Shown here piece after piece: positions 12,548 through 23,991 of a stretch of DNA of 64,000 nt. Both the position numbers and the translations under genes were made by a program. The notes beneath the pieces are model-generated. The model saw nothing but the letters and a program-made list of their open reading frames with translations, did no database searches and was not told the DNA's origin. The DNA is taken from assembly GCA_964016885.1 (NCBI GenBank), contig OZ024744.1, positions 41,230,001 to 41,294,000 of the forward strand. Direction: 5' to 3'. Each line of letters opens with the position of its first letter. Position 1 is the stretch's first letter. The stretch comes from Eledone cirrhosa (lineage: Eukaryota).

Positions 12548-13003
12548 GATTAATATTAAGAAAAATTAATAATACGAAGAGTTAAAATTTGAGATTTGAA
12601 AATTCAAGTATAAAGTTCATTGTGGGATTTCATAGCAGTTTTCATCTAGGTAGCAACAACAGGTTGACTGCTGTGTCCCTTTCTGGTAGTGAATGAGAAG
12701 TTATTTGGGGTGTGGGTTATTTTATAAAGGTCAGATTTAGCAATCACCAACTGGCCAGCTGCTGGTCAGTGAGGGGGTGGAAGCAATATACATACACATG
12801 TGTGTGCGTGTGTGTGTGTGTGTATATGTATGTGTGTATCTGGATGTATGCGTATGTGTATATATATATATATATGCGTGTGTGTGTGTGTGTATATATA
12901 TGTGTGTGTATGTGTGTATATATATGTGTGTGTGTGTGTACGTTTGTATGTGTGTATGTATGTATATATGTGTGTGTGTGTGTATGTATGTGTGGGGGTG
13001 GGG

Positions 13004-13050
<47 letters not shown>

Positions 13051-13470
13051 AAATTGAGGTTGGTAATGGCACATGGAATATATAAGAGACAGAATACTTT
13101 TTTGTGAAAAAACATAATTTTATAAGGTAAGGAAATAATAAAGGGTATAAAAAATGACCGGTTTCGATGGGTCTGCAAAAGCCATCTTTTCAAATGTTGA
13201 TTAATATTAAGAAAAATTAATAATACGAAGAGTTAAAATTTGAGACTTGAAAATTCAAGTATAAAATTCATTGTGGGATTTCATAGCAGTTTTCATCTAG
13301 GTAGCAACAACAGGTTGACTGCTGTGTCCCTTTCTGGTAGTGAATGAGAAGTTATTTGGGGTGTGGGTTATTTTATAAAGGTCAGATTTAGCAATAGCCA
13401 GCTGCTGGTCAGTGAGGGGGTGGAAGCAATATACACACACATACCTTCATCCACACATACATACACATAC

Positions 13471-13509
<39 letters not shown>

Positions 13510-13578
13510 CACACATACATACACACACACATACATATACATACACACATACACACACACACACATATATATACACAT

Positions 13579-13629
<51 letters not shown>

Positions 13630-13660
13630 TATATATACATACACATACATCCAGATACAC

Positions 13661-13704
<44 letters not shown>

Positions 13705-13804
13705 CCACACATACATACACACACACATATATATATATATACATACACACATACAAACATACACACACACACACACACACATATATATACACACATACAC
13801 ACAC

Positions 13805-13845
<41 letters not shown>

Positions 13846-14188
13846 CAATACATACATCCACATGCACACACATACTCACACACACACACACACACATACA
13901 TACACCCACACACAGAGAAATGGCCTTCAAATATATATATATATATATATACATACAGACACATATATTTTTTCCATAATATAAGAAGTTGGGGCAGTGA
14001 AATTAAAATAATTCTGTGTGCGCATATATATATAGATATACGTGTGTGCACGTGCAGGGTTTAACATGGATGTGTTGGTCACACAAAGGCATGGTCTGTC
14101 AATGAATAAACCTGATTCTACAGAATTGGTCTCTGGTCTTTAATAGTAGTGATTCCGTGCGTATGTGTGTTTATATTTTATGACAATT

Positions 14189-16442
14189 CTATTGGGGTGA
14201 TAACCCGTTTAGTTTTGGTTTAAATTTGTTAAGGAATAGATTTTCTTTGTTTATTCTTTGTTGTTGTGTGAACGAATCTGAGCACTTGTAGAAGGGGAAG
14301 ATTTTAAAGTTGGGTAGTGTCATTCCTGCGCAGTTCGCAATATGGCTGCTCAAGGGGATTTTTCTTGTGTTAGCGTCCCGGATTTGTTGGCGGTGGATGG
14401 TCATTCTTTTGCGTAATGAGGTGCCCGTCTGTCCTATGTAGTTGTGTTTGCACCCACCGCAAGTTATTGCGTAAATCAAGTTCTCCGAGTTGCAGGTGAA
14501 ATTGTTTTTTACTGTAAATGTTTGGCCATCTTTGAATGTAAATGTTTGTCCTTCAGTGAGGTAGAGGCACGTTCCACAGTTTGTTCTACCACATTTGGTA
14601 ACTGTAGGGTTGAGGATTGGTTTGGGTATATTTGGTCCAGTGAGAATGCGTTTAAGTGATTTGGGTTGTCTTTTACTTTTAAGGATCTTGTGTGTTTCAA
14701 GAATAGACTTCATTTTTACATCTTTAAGTAGGATGGGGAGGTTTTTGTGTAGGTGATCAAACATTTCGGTATTTCTGGGGTTGAAAGTGGATACATATGG
14801 CAGGGTGTTGAGTGTGGTTTTCTGTTTTGGATTGTTAAGTTGATGGGGATTTAGGTGTTTTGCCCTGTCTATTCCATTGTTGATTATTTCAAGTGGAAAG
14901 GCTCTTAAGATAAGGGTGTCTTTTAGTTCCTTTAGTCTTTGCTCCCGTTTAGGTGGATCTGATACTATGGTACATATACGTTTGGCCAAATTGTAAGGAA
15001 TGTTAAGTTTTGTATGTTTTGGGTGACTTGATGTGAAAAAGAGGTATTGCTTGGAATCTGTGGGTTTATAGAATATATCTGTATCTAATTTCCCGTCTAT
15101 TACAGAGATGAGAATATCCAAGAAGGCTAATTCCTTAGGATTGGATTCCATTGTGAATTGTATGTTATTATCTATGTTGTTTATCATGTTTTTAAACGTA
15201 GTAAGTGAGTTCATGTCTTCTTGCCATAGGATAAAGCAGTCGTCTAGATATCTTTTCCAATTGGCTTTGAGGTGTGTGTGGAAAGAGTCTCCAAATAAGA
15301 GAAGGGACTGACTGTATATTTGTTGTTCATGGAATCCCATGACTAGGTTGGCATATGTGGGTGCTACTTTCGTGCCCATTGCCGTACCTGATACTTGTCT
15401 GTATGTTGAACCATTGAATGTGAAGTAGTTATTTTGTAGGATAAAGCGGAGTCCGTCAGTGATAAAATCTGTGTTGATGCGTGTCGGTATTTCTGATGGG
15501 TGTGTGTTAAGCCAGTATTGGACTGCTGTTATTCCATAGTTGTGAGGTATGTTTGTGTAGAGGTTTATTACGTCAAAGGAGACAAGAATTGTATTTGCAC
15601 TTACTGTTTTAGGGAGGTGTTTCAGCATGTCAAGGTCATCTCGTATGTAGCTCTGTATATGTTGTAGAAAGGGTTTCAGTAGGATGTCCAGAAAGTTGCT
15701 AAGTCTGTGGGTTTCACATGTAGGGCCTGCTATAATTGGCCTGAGTTTTAGGTCTTCTGGTGGTGTTAGTTCAATGTAATTGTTGGTTGAGGTGCCACAT
15801 GCATCGTTTATGGGTTTACATTTGTGAAGTTTCGGTAAGCCGTAAAAAGAGCTTGTATTGCATTTGAAGTGGCTTATATAGTTAAACTCTTTTGTGGTTA
15901 AGCTGTTGCGGTATTTATTCAGTAAGGTCAAAAGGTTCCCCATTGTTTTGGTGTGTTTGTAGTTTTCTGTTTTTTCATAGTATGTGTTGTTTTCTAAAAT
16001 GTTAAGTGCGAGGGTCCTATAGTAGTCCGTATTCATAATGACAACAGTACTGCCTTTATCGGCTTCTTTGATAGTTATCTCAGGGTTGTTTCTAAGTGTG
16101 AATAATTCTTCCCATTCGTGTGTAGATAGGTTTGATTTCGTGTGTTTATTTGTAATTGTTTCATAGGGAAAGTTGGTGATGTGTTCGCAGTACGTGTCCA
16201 GTGCTTTATTTCTTCCCTTTTGTGGGCAGAAATTGCTTTTATTTCTAACCAGTGATTCGTCTTCAGTGTTGGTGTCGTTGTGGAAGAATTCCGTTAGTCG
16301 CAGCTTTCGGCAGTATTCCATGATGTCATCCTTCATTTCGGGGAAGTTTGGTTTACGTGGTGTAGGTGTAAATTTCAGGCCCTTACTTAAAATGTTGATT
16401 TGTGTGTTGGTTAGAGGTGTCTTTGAGAGGTTGATTATTTTT
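14189..16442 (-). CDS. PLE reverse transcriptase + GIY-YIG endonuclease (Neptune-type), 5'-truncated but uninterrupted (~750 aa)
   Basis: IINLS..L.KGLKFTPTP, ADKG, FYGLPKLHK, RPII, SFDV.NLYTNIP, GTAMGT..AP.YANL, WKRYLDD, CGRTNCGTC linker, LIYAITC..C...YIGQTG. The first ~44 aa of the listed 794-aa ORF come from the inverted pLTR and microsatellite. Confidence 0.93.
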
Positions 16443-16473
16443 GTATATGTATGTGTGTGTGTATGTATGTGTG

Positions 16474-16514
<41 letters not shown>

Positions 16515-16970
16515 GTATGTGTATGTATGTGTGGATGAAGGTATGTGTGTGTATATTGCTTCCACCCCCTCACTGACCAGCAGCTGGCTATTGCTAAATC
16601 TGACCTTTATAAAATAACCCACACCCCAAATAACTTCTCATTCACTACCAGAAAGGGACACAGCAGTCAACCTGTTGTTGCTACCTAGATGAAAACTGCT
16701 ATGAAATCCCACAATGAATTTTATACTTGAATTTTCAAGTCTCAAATTTTAACTCTTCGTATTATTAATTTTTCTTAATATTAATCAACATTTGAAAAGA
16801 TGGCTTTTGCAGACCCATCGAAACCGGTCATTTTTTATACCCTTTATTATTTCCTTACCTTATAAAATTATGTTTTTTCACAAAAAAGTATTCTGTCTCT
16901 TATATATTCCATGTGCCATTACCAACCTCAATTTTCTCTATAACCTTCGTTTTGTGTAGAAAATTACACT

Positions 16971-17056
<86 letters not shown>

Positions 17057-17095
17057 ATGTATGTGTGTATCTGGATGTATGTGTATGTATATATA

Positions 17096-17150
<55 letters not shown>

Positions 17151-17794
17151 ATGTGTATATATGTGTGTGTGTGTGTATGTGTGGATGTATATGTATGTGT
17201 GTGTGTATGTATGTATGTATATGTATATATATATATATATATATATGTATATGTATATGTATGTATGTGTGGATGAAGGTATGTGTGTGTATATATAGGT
17301 GTAAGTGCACTAAATCCCTTTCTATCACGCTCCACTTTCCTACCCACCACAGGAAGATATGTGTATGTATATTGCTTCCACCCCCTCACTGACCAGCAGC
17401 TGGCCAGTTGGTGATTGCTAAATCTGACCTTTATAAAATAACCCACACCCCAAATAACTTCTCATTCACTACCAGAAAGGGACACAGCAGTCAACCTGTT
17501 GTTGCTACCTAGATGAAAACTGCTATGAAATCCCACAATGAACTTTATACTTGAATTTTCAAATCTCAAATTTTAACTCTTCGTATTATTAATTTTTCTT
17601 AATATTAATCAACATTTGAAAAGATGGCTTTTGCTGACCCATCGAAACCGGTCATTTTTTATACCCTTTATTATTTCCTTACCTTATAAAATTATGTTTT
17701 TTCACAAAAAAGTATTCTGTCTCTTATATATTCCATGTGCCATTACCAACCTCAATTTTCTCTATAACCTTCGTTTTGTGTAGAAAATTACACT

Positions 17795-17871
<77 letters not shown>

Positions 17872-17873
17872 TG

Positions 17874-17956
<83 letters not shown>

Positions 17957-18098
17957 ATGTATATATATATGTATGTATATATATATATGTATGTATATAT
18001 GTATGTATATATATATGTATGTATATATATATATTAACTCTATATATATATTAACTCTCTCTATATATATTAACTCTATATATATATATATATATATT

Positions 18099-19810
18099 AA
18101 CTCTAACCACCCACTCTCCATGATCAAATCAGTTCCCCGGAGTATTTCTCTTAGAATCTCTCGCCTATCGTCTAACTCTGATATTTTTAGCGAACATGCT
18201 GAATACTACAATAATGCATTAAGGAATGCTGACCACCGGGATACAATAGAATACATCGATAGTAATTTCCACAACACACATAGCTCTACACGTAATCAAG
18301 GTATACGTAACCGGGGGACTAAAACACAAGCACACACACACACACAGTACTACCAGACATACTAATAATAGAAGATCACCACCAAATAAATCACGTTGTA
18401 GAAAGTATATCTGGTATAATCCTATTTTTAATGCCTCGATTAGTACAAAACTATCTCTTTCATTCTTTAAATTAATCAATAAACACTTCCCTAGTTCCCA
18501 TAAGTACAGCAAAATTCTGAACTCCAAAACTATTAGACTATCATACTCCACGGCACCAAACCTTAAAGCATACATAAAAAAACTTAACTTAAGGCAATTA
18601 AACAACTCTACAAAACAAAACATTTTAGTAACAGATGGGCAGAACGCAATATCTGCCTCCCAACCACTAAATGGGAGATGGGTATTGCACAACCCACCTG
18701 TACCGCTATCACAACCTATCCATGGTATACCCGCTACCCACAACAAAGAATGTAACTGCCATCTACCTGAAAGATGTCCATTGAAGAATGAATGCCTAAA
18801 GTCCAACATTGTTTACCAATGCACGGTTGAATCGGACGACCAGAAATGGTATTATATCGGATCTACCACCACATCGTTTAAATCTCGCTGGTACCGTCAT
18901 CGATTCTAAATCAAACATCAGAATCACCGTTTTGTGACCACGCTCGCCAACAAGGCCTAGCAACTCCGTGAACAGAACCAACAGTTCACCTTAAAATGGG
19001 ATATACTTTCCAGCGCAAATGCATATCGGAGTGGATTGAAGTACTGCAGGTTATGTAACCTTGAGCTATTTTACATACTAAAATCCAAAAACAAACTACT
19101 TAACGATAGAATTGAACGATCATTATACTGCAACCACAAACTAAAAGCTAAATTCTCTCACTATAAAATAACTTAACATTCGAACCCGTAACTACAACAC
19201 CACTTTCTAGCTAACAACCTCCTCTTCCCCCCACACTACAAGACAATACACTGCTTATCACTATACATGGTAACTCAGTACAACTGCTAGAATACTACTA
19301 CAAAACCAAAAGTTCACTCACCACACATATTTATCTGTCCCCTCTCTACCTATATATCTCTCTCTACATCCATTACACTCTCTCTCTCTCACCTTTGACC
19401 TACCTCCCTCTCAACATTTATGAACCTGCCCTCTGGGGCAATAAATAATTCCGACCTCAACTATCTACGCATCTCTCCAAAAGTAACTAATAAAACCCCT
19501 ACCATAACATTTTGATTAAGATATCTACAAGCCACTCTCTCCTACTTCTCCAACCCCTGCATATCTTTCCTTCTCTCTCCCTCTTCCCTACTTTTCTCTC
19601 TTCCTGTTCCACTCTATCTTCCCCAACAACCCCACTTAAGGGTTTTTACATTGTATATTTAACATTCTGCTCTGAGGAAACAGTGGTCACAGAATTGGAT
19701 ATTCGAGTTCTGCAAATACTTGTGAATTTGCACGTAGCGGAACTAGGCTGCAGCACCACCGTGGAAACACTTGTAAGCACACGGAATAAACTACCTTTTT
19801 ATGATGTCTA
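18099..19810 (+). mobile_element. 5'-truncated Penelope-like element (second family): thumb + GIY-YIG remnant + pLTR
   Basis: SNHP...[30 protein letters not shown]....CPL...CL..NIVYQC...YYIGST; a homologous copy lies at 48054-49620. Confidence 0.88.
19668..19779 (+). ncRNA. Hammerhead ribozyme with expanded, branched stem II
   Basis: TGCT-CTGAGGA-[~85 nt, AGTGGT..ACCACC plus inner hairpins]-GAAA-CACTTG-TA-AGCA. Confidence 0.7.
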
Positions 19811-19826
19811 CCTGTTATTATTCATT

Positions 19827-19884
<58 letters not shown>

Positions 19885-19937
19885 ATATGTATATATATAT
19901 ATGTATGTATGTATATATGTATGTATATATATGTATG

Positions 19938-20548
19938 TCAGGACACCAGTTGGAGCTACTGGTAACGTGTATCCCAGTACAACCTGTCTCATGGTCGGGT
20001 CGTTGGCGACTAAACTGGCAACCCCACCAAGGTTTCTTGGTGAGGAGGGTGACATTGGACATCCTGCAGGACTAAAAGCAAAACCTGTCAAAGGGCAAAG
20101 GAGCTCTTAAGAGTCAATGGCCATCCAAAATCACCGGGAGAGATGACCCCATAGCCTTTGTCAAGGCAGAATTCTAGGAGAAGGAAAACTCTGATATAAC
20201 ACCTGCAACTCTGATGGTATCCAATGATGTTGACCTGTTCTTCTTTTTGGTAAATATCATCTTGATTAAGAGAGTGGGACTGGCTCTGTGCAGTGCCTTT
20301 GCTCACTATAAAAGCTTCACGGCACAGGCATTGCTTTATATCTGGAGATCTCTCTGCACTTGTCATCACATGGTACCAAGGGCCCAGCACTATGTGTCAA
20401 TAATTGTCACAAGTGTAGTGCTTGTACCAGAGTTTTCAAGTCCCTGGCTGAACTAAAAAGTCACACTTGTTTAGCGCATCGGTAGGCGTTCTCCTACATG
20501 GATATAAAGTAGTGGCCGTACTCGAAAACGAGTTGGCAGCCACCACCA
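19938..20548 (+). mobile_element. ~610-bp non-autonomous RTE-like element, copy 1
   Basis: Five near-identical copies in the window with variable 5' truncation, a common 3' hairpin (GTGGC..CTCG-aaaa-CGAG..GCCAC) and a following (TA)n. The 3' part encodes a C2H2 finger remnant. Confidence 0.8.
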
Positions 20549-20592
20549 TATATATGTATGTATATATATATATATATGTATATTTATATATG

Positions 20593-20654
<62 letters not shown>

Positions 20655-20700
20655 TGTATGTATGTATGTATGTATGTATGTATGTATGTATGTATATATA

Positions 20701-21250
20701 TACAACCCGGCCCATGGTCGGGTCGTTGGCGATTAAACTAGCAACCCCACCAAGGTTTCTTGTTGAGGAGGGTGACTTTGGACATCCTGCAGGACTAAAA
20801 ACAAAACCTGTCAAAGGGCAAAGGAGCTGTTAAGAGTCAATGGCCATCCAAAATCACCGGGAGAGATGACCTCTTAGCCTTTGTCAAGGCAGAATTCTAG
20901 AAGGAAAACTCTGATATAATACCTGCAACCCTGATGGTATCCAATGATGTTGACCTGTTCTTCTTTTTGGTAAATATCATCTTGGTTAAGAGAGTGGGAC
21001 TGGCTTTGTGCAGTGCCTTTGCTCACTATAAAAGCTTCACGGCACAGGCATTGCTTTATATCTGGAGATCTCTCTACACTTGTCGTCACATCGTACCATG
21101 GGCCCAGCACTATGTGTCAGTAATTGTCACAAGTGTAGTGTTTGTACCAGAGTTTTCAAGTCGCTGGCACACTCGTTCAGCGCATCGGTAGGGGTTCTCC
21201 TACATGGATGTAAAGTAGTGGCCGTACTCGAAAACGAGTTGGCAGCCATC
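20701..21250 (+). mobile_element. Non-autonomous RTE-like element, copy 2 (5'-truncated)
   Basis: Aligns to copy 1 from tacaacc onward. Confidence 0.8.
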
Positions 21251-21300
21251 ATGTATGTATATATATATATATATATGTATACGTATGTATATATATATAA

Positions 21301-21645
21301 ATCATCATCATCATCATCATTTTACGTCCGCTTTTCCCTGCTTGCAAGGGTGGGACGGGAACTGATTCTGGCTTGATTTCTACAGCTGGATGCCCTTCCT
21401 AACACCAACCTCATTTACAGGGAGTGCTGGGTGTTTTTTTTCCGTGACGTCTACACATCCACTTTACAGTGCTTTTTTGCCATGGCACCTCCACGACCAC
21501 TTTACAGCTGAGTAAACTGGAGCAATGTGAAATAAAGTCTCTTGCTCAAGGCACAAGGAAACAACACATTACCCTGTCTGAGAATTGAACTCGGAACCTT
21601 TCGGTTGCAAGGCCAATGCTTTAACCACTAAGCCATGTGCCTCCA
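21301..21645 (-). mobile_element. tRNA-derived SINE with RTE-type 3' tail
   Basis: A box TGGCTTAGTGG, B box GAGTTCAATTC, tail ...GGAAGGGCATCCAGCTGTAGAAA...GGACGTAAAA(TGA)n shared with the RTE at 55500-55695. Confidence 0.88.
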
Positions 21646-21684
21646 CATATGCATATATATATATATATATATATATATACAAAC

Positions 21685-21718
<34 letters not shown>

Positions 21719-21750
21719 GTGTGTGTATATATATATATATACACACACAT

Positions 21751-21783
<33 letters not shown>

Positions 21784-21967
21784 ATTTTGTATATATATAT
21801 ATATATATATAATTTTGTATGTATATATATATAATTTTGTATATATATATATATAATTTTGTATATATATATATATATAAATATAACGAAGGAAATGTGG
21901 TAAGGAACCAGGTGGACCATAACGCACCAAATTACTCAATACTTAGGGTAGTAGAGTGGGTAATAGC

Positions 21968-22079
21968 AACGAGTAGGACCTCGTCGGCTGAGCTCAAGCC
22001 GTTTCGACGGCTAATTCTGGACTAATCCAGAATTAGCCGTCGAAACGACTTGAGCTCAGCCGTCGGGGTCCTACTCGTT
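21968..22079. repeat. 112-bp near-perfect palindrome
   Basis: 54-bp arms, 3 mismatches, 4-nt loop CTAA. Confidence 0.95.
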
Positions 22080-22103
22080 CCTATATATATATATATATAT
22101 TGA

Positions 22104-23709
22104 TATACTTGGGGAGGGTCATGTTTGTGTAATATTGCCAGAATTAATAACAGAACACACTCACTGTTTGGTTGGTTTTCGCTTTTTGCTTCTGTGTCTT
22201 TTATATCGGTAATCTAACTTACTCGGTCCTCAATGTTGCCATTGACTGACCGACGGTCAAAACTAATACAGATACAATATAGACACAAACACATATATAT
22301 AGTTTATCATAAATCTTTCGTTGCACATCTGCAACATCGTCAGTGGTGTTATTGTTTCCTCCTGTTGTATTGTATGTCTAGGCCATTTGTATTCAGTCTG
22401 TCTATATATTTATTTATTTATTTGCTTGTTTGTTTATTTTATTTTGTCTTCTTTGCGCATGCGTTTGCGTGTGTGTTTAGTGTTTTGTTTGCTGTGTGAT
22501 GGGTGACTAGTGAGTGTTTATGTGCCTGTTGTTATTGTGCTTGTGTATGTATTTATTTATTTATTTATTTACTTATTTTATTTTATTTACTTATTTATAC
22601 TTCTCTTAGGTCAGTGTTGTTTGTTTGAGTGTTGTTGTTATTCCATTCATTCTTTCTGTTTAGTCTTGGCCTTCTAATTTCTATTTCACTGGCCTCTCTG
22701 ATTTGCCTATCTGCTGGGTCATTTCTATGTTTAGATATTATTCTAATTTCTATGTTGTCTATGTTACCGTCATGTTGTTGTCTAGCATGTTCGTATAGTA
22801 CTGACCCGTTTTTTCGTCCTTTTAGTTCCCCCCAGTGTTGGTCTATCCTTTCACCTATGCTACGAGCTGTCTCACCTATGTATGTTGTTGTCATGTTTCT
22901 GCAAGTACCCTCTGTACATCTTATGCTATAGACTACGTTTCTAGTTTTACAGTTTATCCGGGGGTTTACCTTACATATGATACATTTCCTATTGGTAGAG
23001 TGGGTTTTCTTAAAAGGGTAGGTTTTGCTGATCAGGGATTTTATGGTGGTTCCTGGCTTTTCTACCACCTTAATTTTTAAGTGGGTCTTTCTCAGGGCCT
23101 TTTTACACTGGTTAACTAATTTCCCTCCAGGGGTAGCGTCCACAAACATGACACTCTGGTATCTCTGGTTGTCGTGCCATGAGGTGGCTTTCCTTATCTT
23201 ATGTCTAGCCCTATCTAAGCTATTCCATGATTTGCTCCTGTATAATGGGCAAATTCCTTTCATGTCCAGTTCTATGAGGGTCTTATACTTCTCCATGGCT
23301 TCTTCATATACTTTGACTCTGTCTCTTTAGTTGTAGCCAGATAACTGCATGCGGTTGATGAAGTGTTGGATGTGTCTTTCCATTTCTGTTGGGTCGCACA
23401 TGCGGGACACATTCTTCGTCACTCGTACCAAATCTGCGATCAGAATATTAAACTTAGCACTACTGGACATTGCTGAGTTTTTGGGTATCAGGTATTTGGA
23501 GGCCATGGGTTTAGCATAGTGTGAGTGGAGAATTTGGGCTCTCTCGTCTATAGTGTTAATCCAGAGTTCTGTGTCTAATACAGGTAGTCTATTGTTAGGG
23601 TGTTTGGAAGGGAAGTCGATAGTTACAGTTATACTCTGGTGTATGGAATTAGCTATCTGCTGGATGCTTTCCATCGTGCTACGTTCTAATATGACCCTCC
23701 CCAAGTATA
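22104..23709 (-). mobile_element. 5'-truncated Penelope-like element (third family, Naiad-like motifs)
   Basis: LPVLD, HYAKPMAS, RMQLSGY, PLYRS..W, FVDATP, KVVEKPG, NVVYSIRC...YIGETARS. A single in-frame TAA separates ORFs 23327-23728 and 22595-23296; 19-bp inverted ends. Confidence 0.85.
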
Positions 23710-23991
23710 ACAATATTTGTTTCGACACACGATTTCATATAAAAAACCTCGCAAAACTAATTCGTCGCCGCTGTATATATATATATATATATATATAATT
23801 TGGTATATATATATATATATATAAATATATAATTTTGTATATATATATATATATATAATTTTGTATATATATATATATATATAATTTTGTATATATATAT
23901 ATAATTTTGTATATATATATATAATTTTGTATATATATATATGTATGTATATATTTATATATATATATATGTGTCCTACGTCATCTTGATG

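Larger units (their letters stand above)
12398..17800 (-). mobile_element. Penelope-like element with two tandem 3' pLTRs and two inverted pLTRs at the 5' side
   Basis: ~400-bp pLTR copies at ~12398-12795 and ~13047-13470 (sense with the ORF) and ~16510-16976 and ~17250-17800 (inverted) flank the RT-GIY-YIG frame. Confidence 0.9.

Noticed and set aside
11717-14064. Many overlapping YI/HT/CV-rich ORFs (also 16900-18127, 46127-46740, 50005-51158, 58486-58887, 60751-61980)
   Set aside because: They are translations of (TA)n, (CA)n and (TATG)n microsatellites, which lack stops in several frames; no protein signal.
20088-20456. Recurrent 79-100 aa ORFs (MLGPWYHV..., MVSNDVDL...) seen five times, resembling a small gene family
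   Set aside because: They recur only because the non-autonomous element is repeated; they occur on both strands, and the meaningful frame is the C2H2 remnant.
18099-21645. Possible segmental duplication with 46535-51020 (same PLE family, same short element, a SINE)
   Set aside because: Order, truncation points and SINE type differ, which fits independent insertions into (TA)n tracts better.
21590-21645. tRNA-like A/B boxes here and in the other SINE heads
   Set aside because: No complete cloverleaf; they continue into SINE bodies with tails and TSDs, so they are not tRNA genes.
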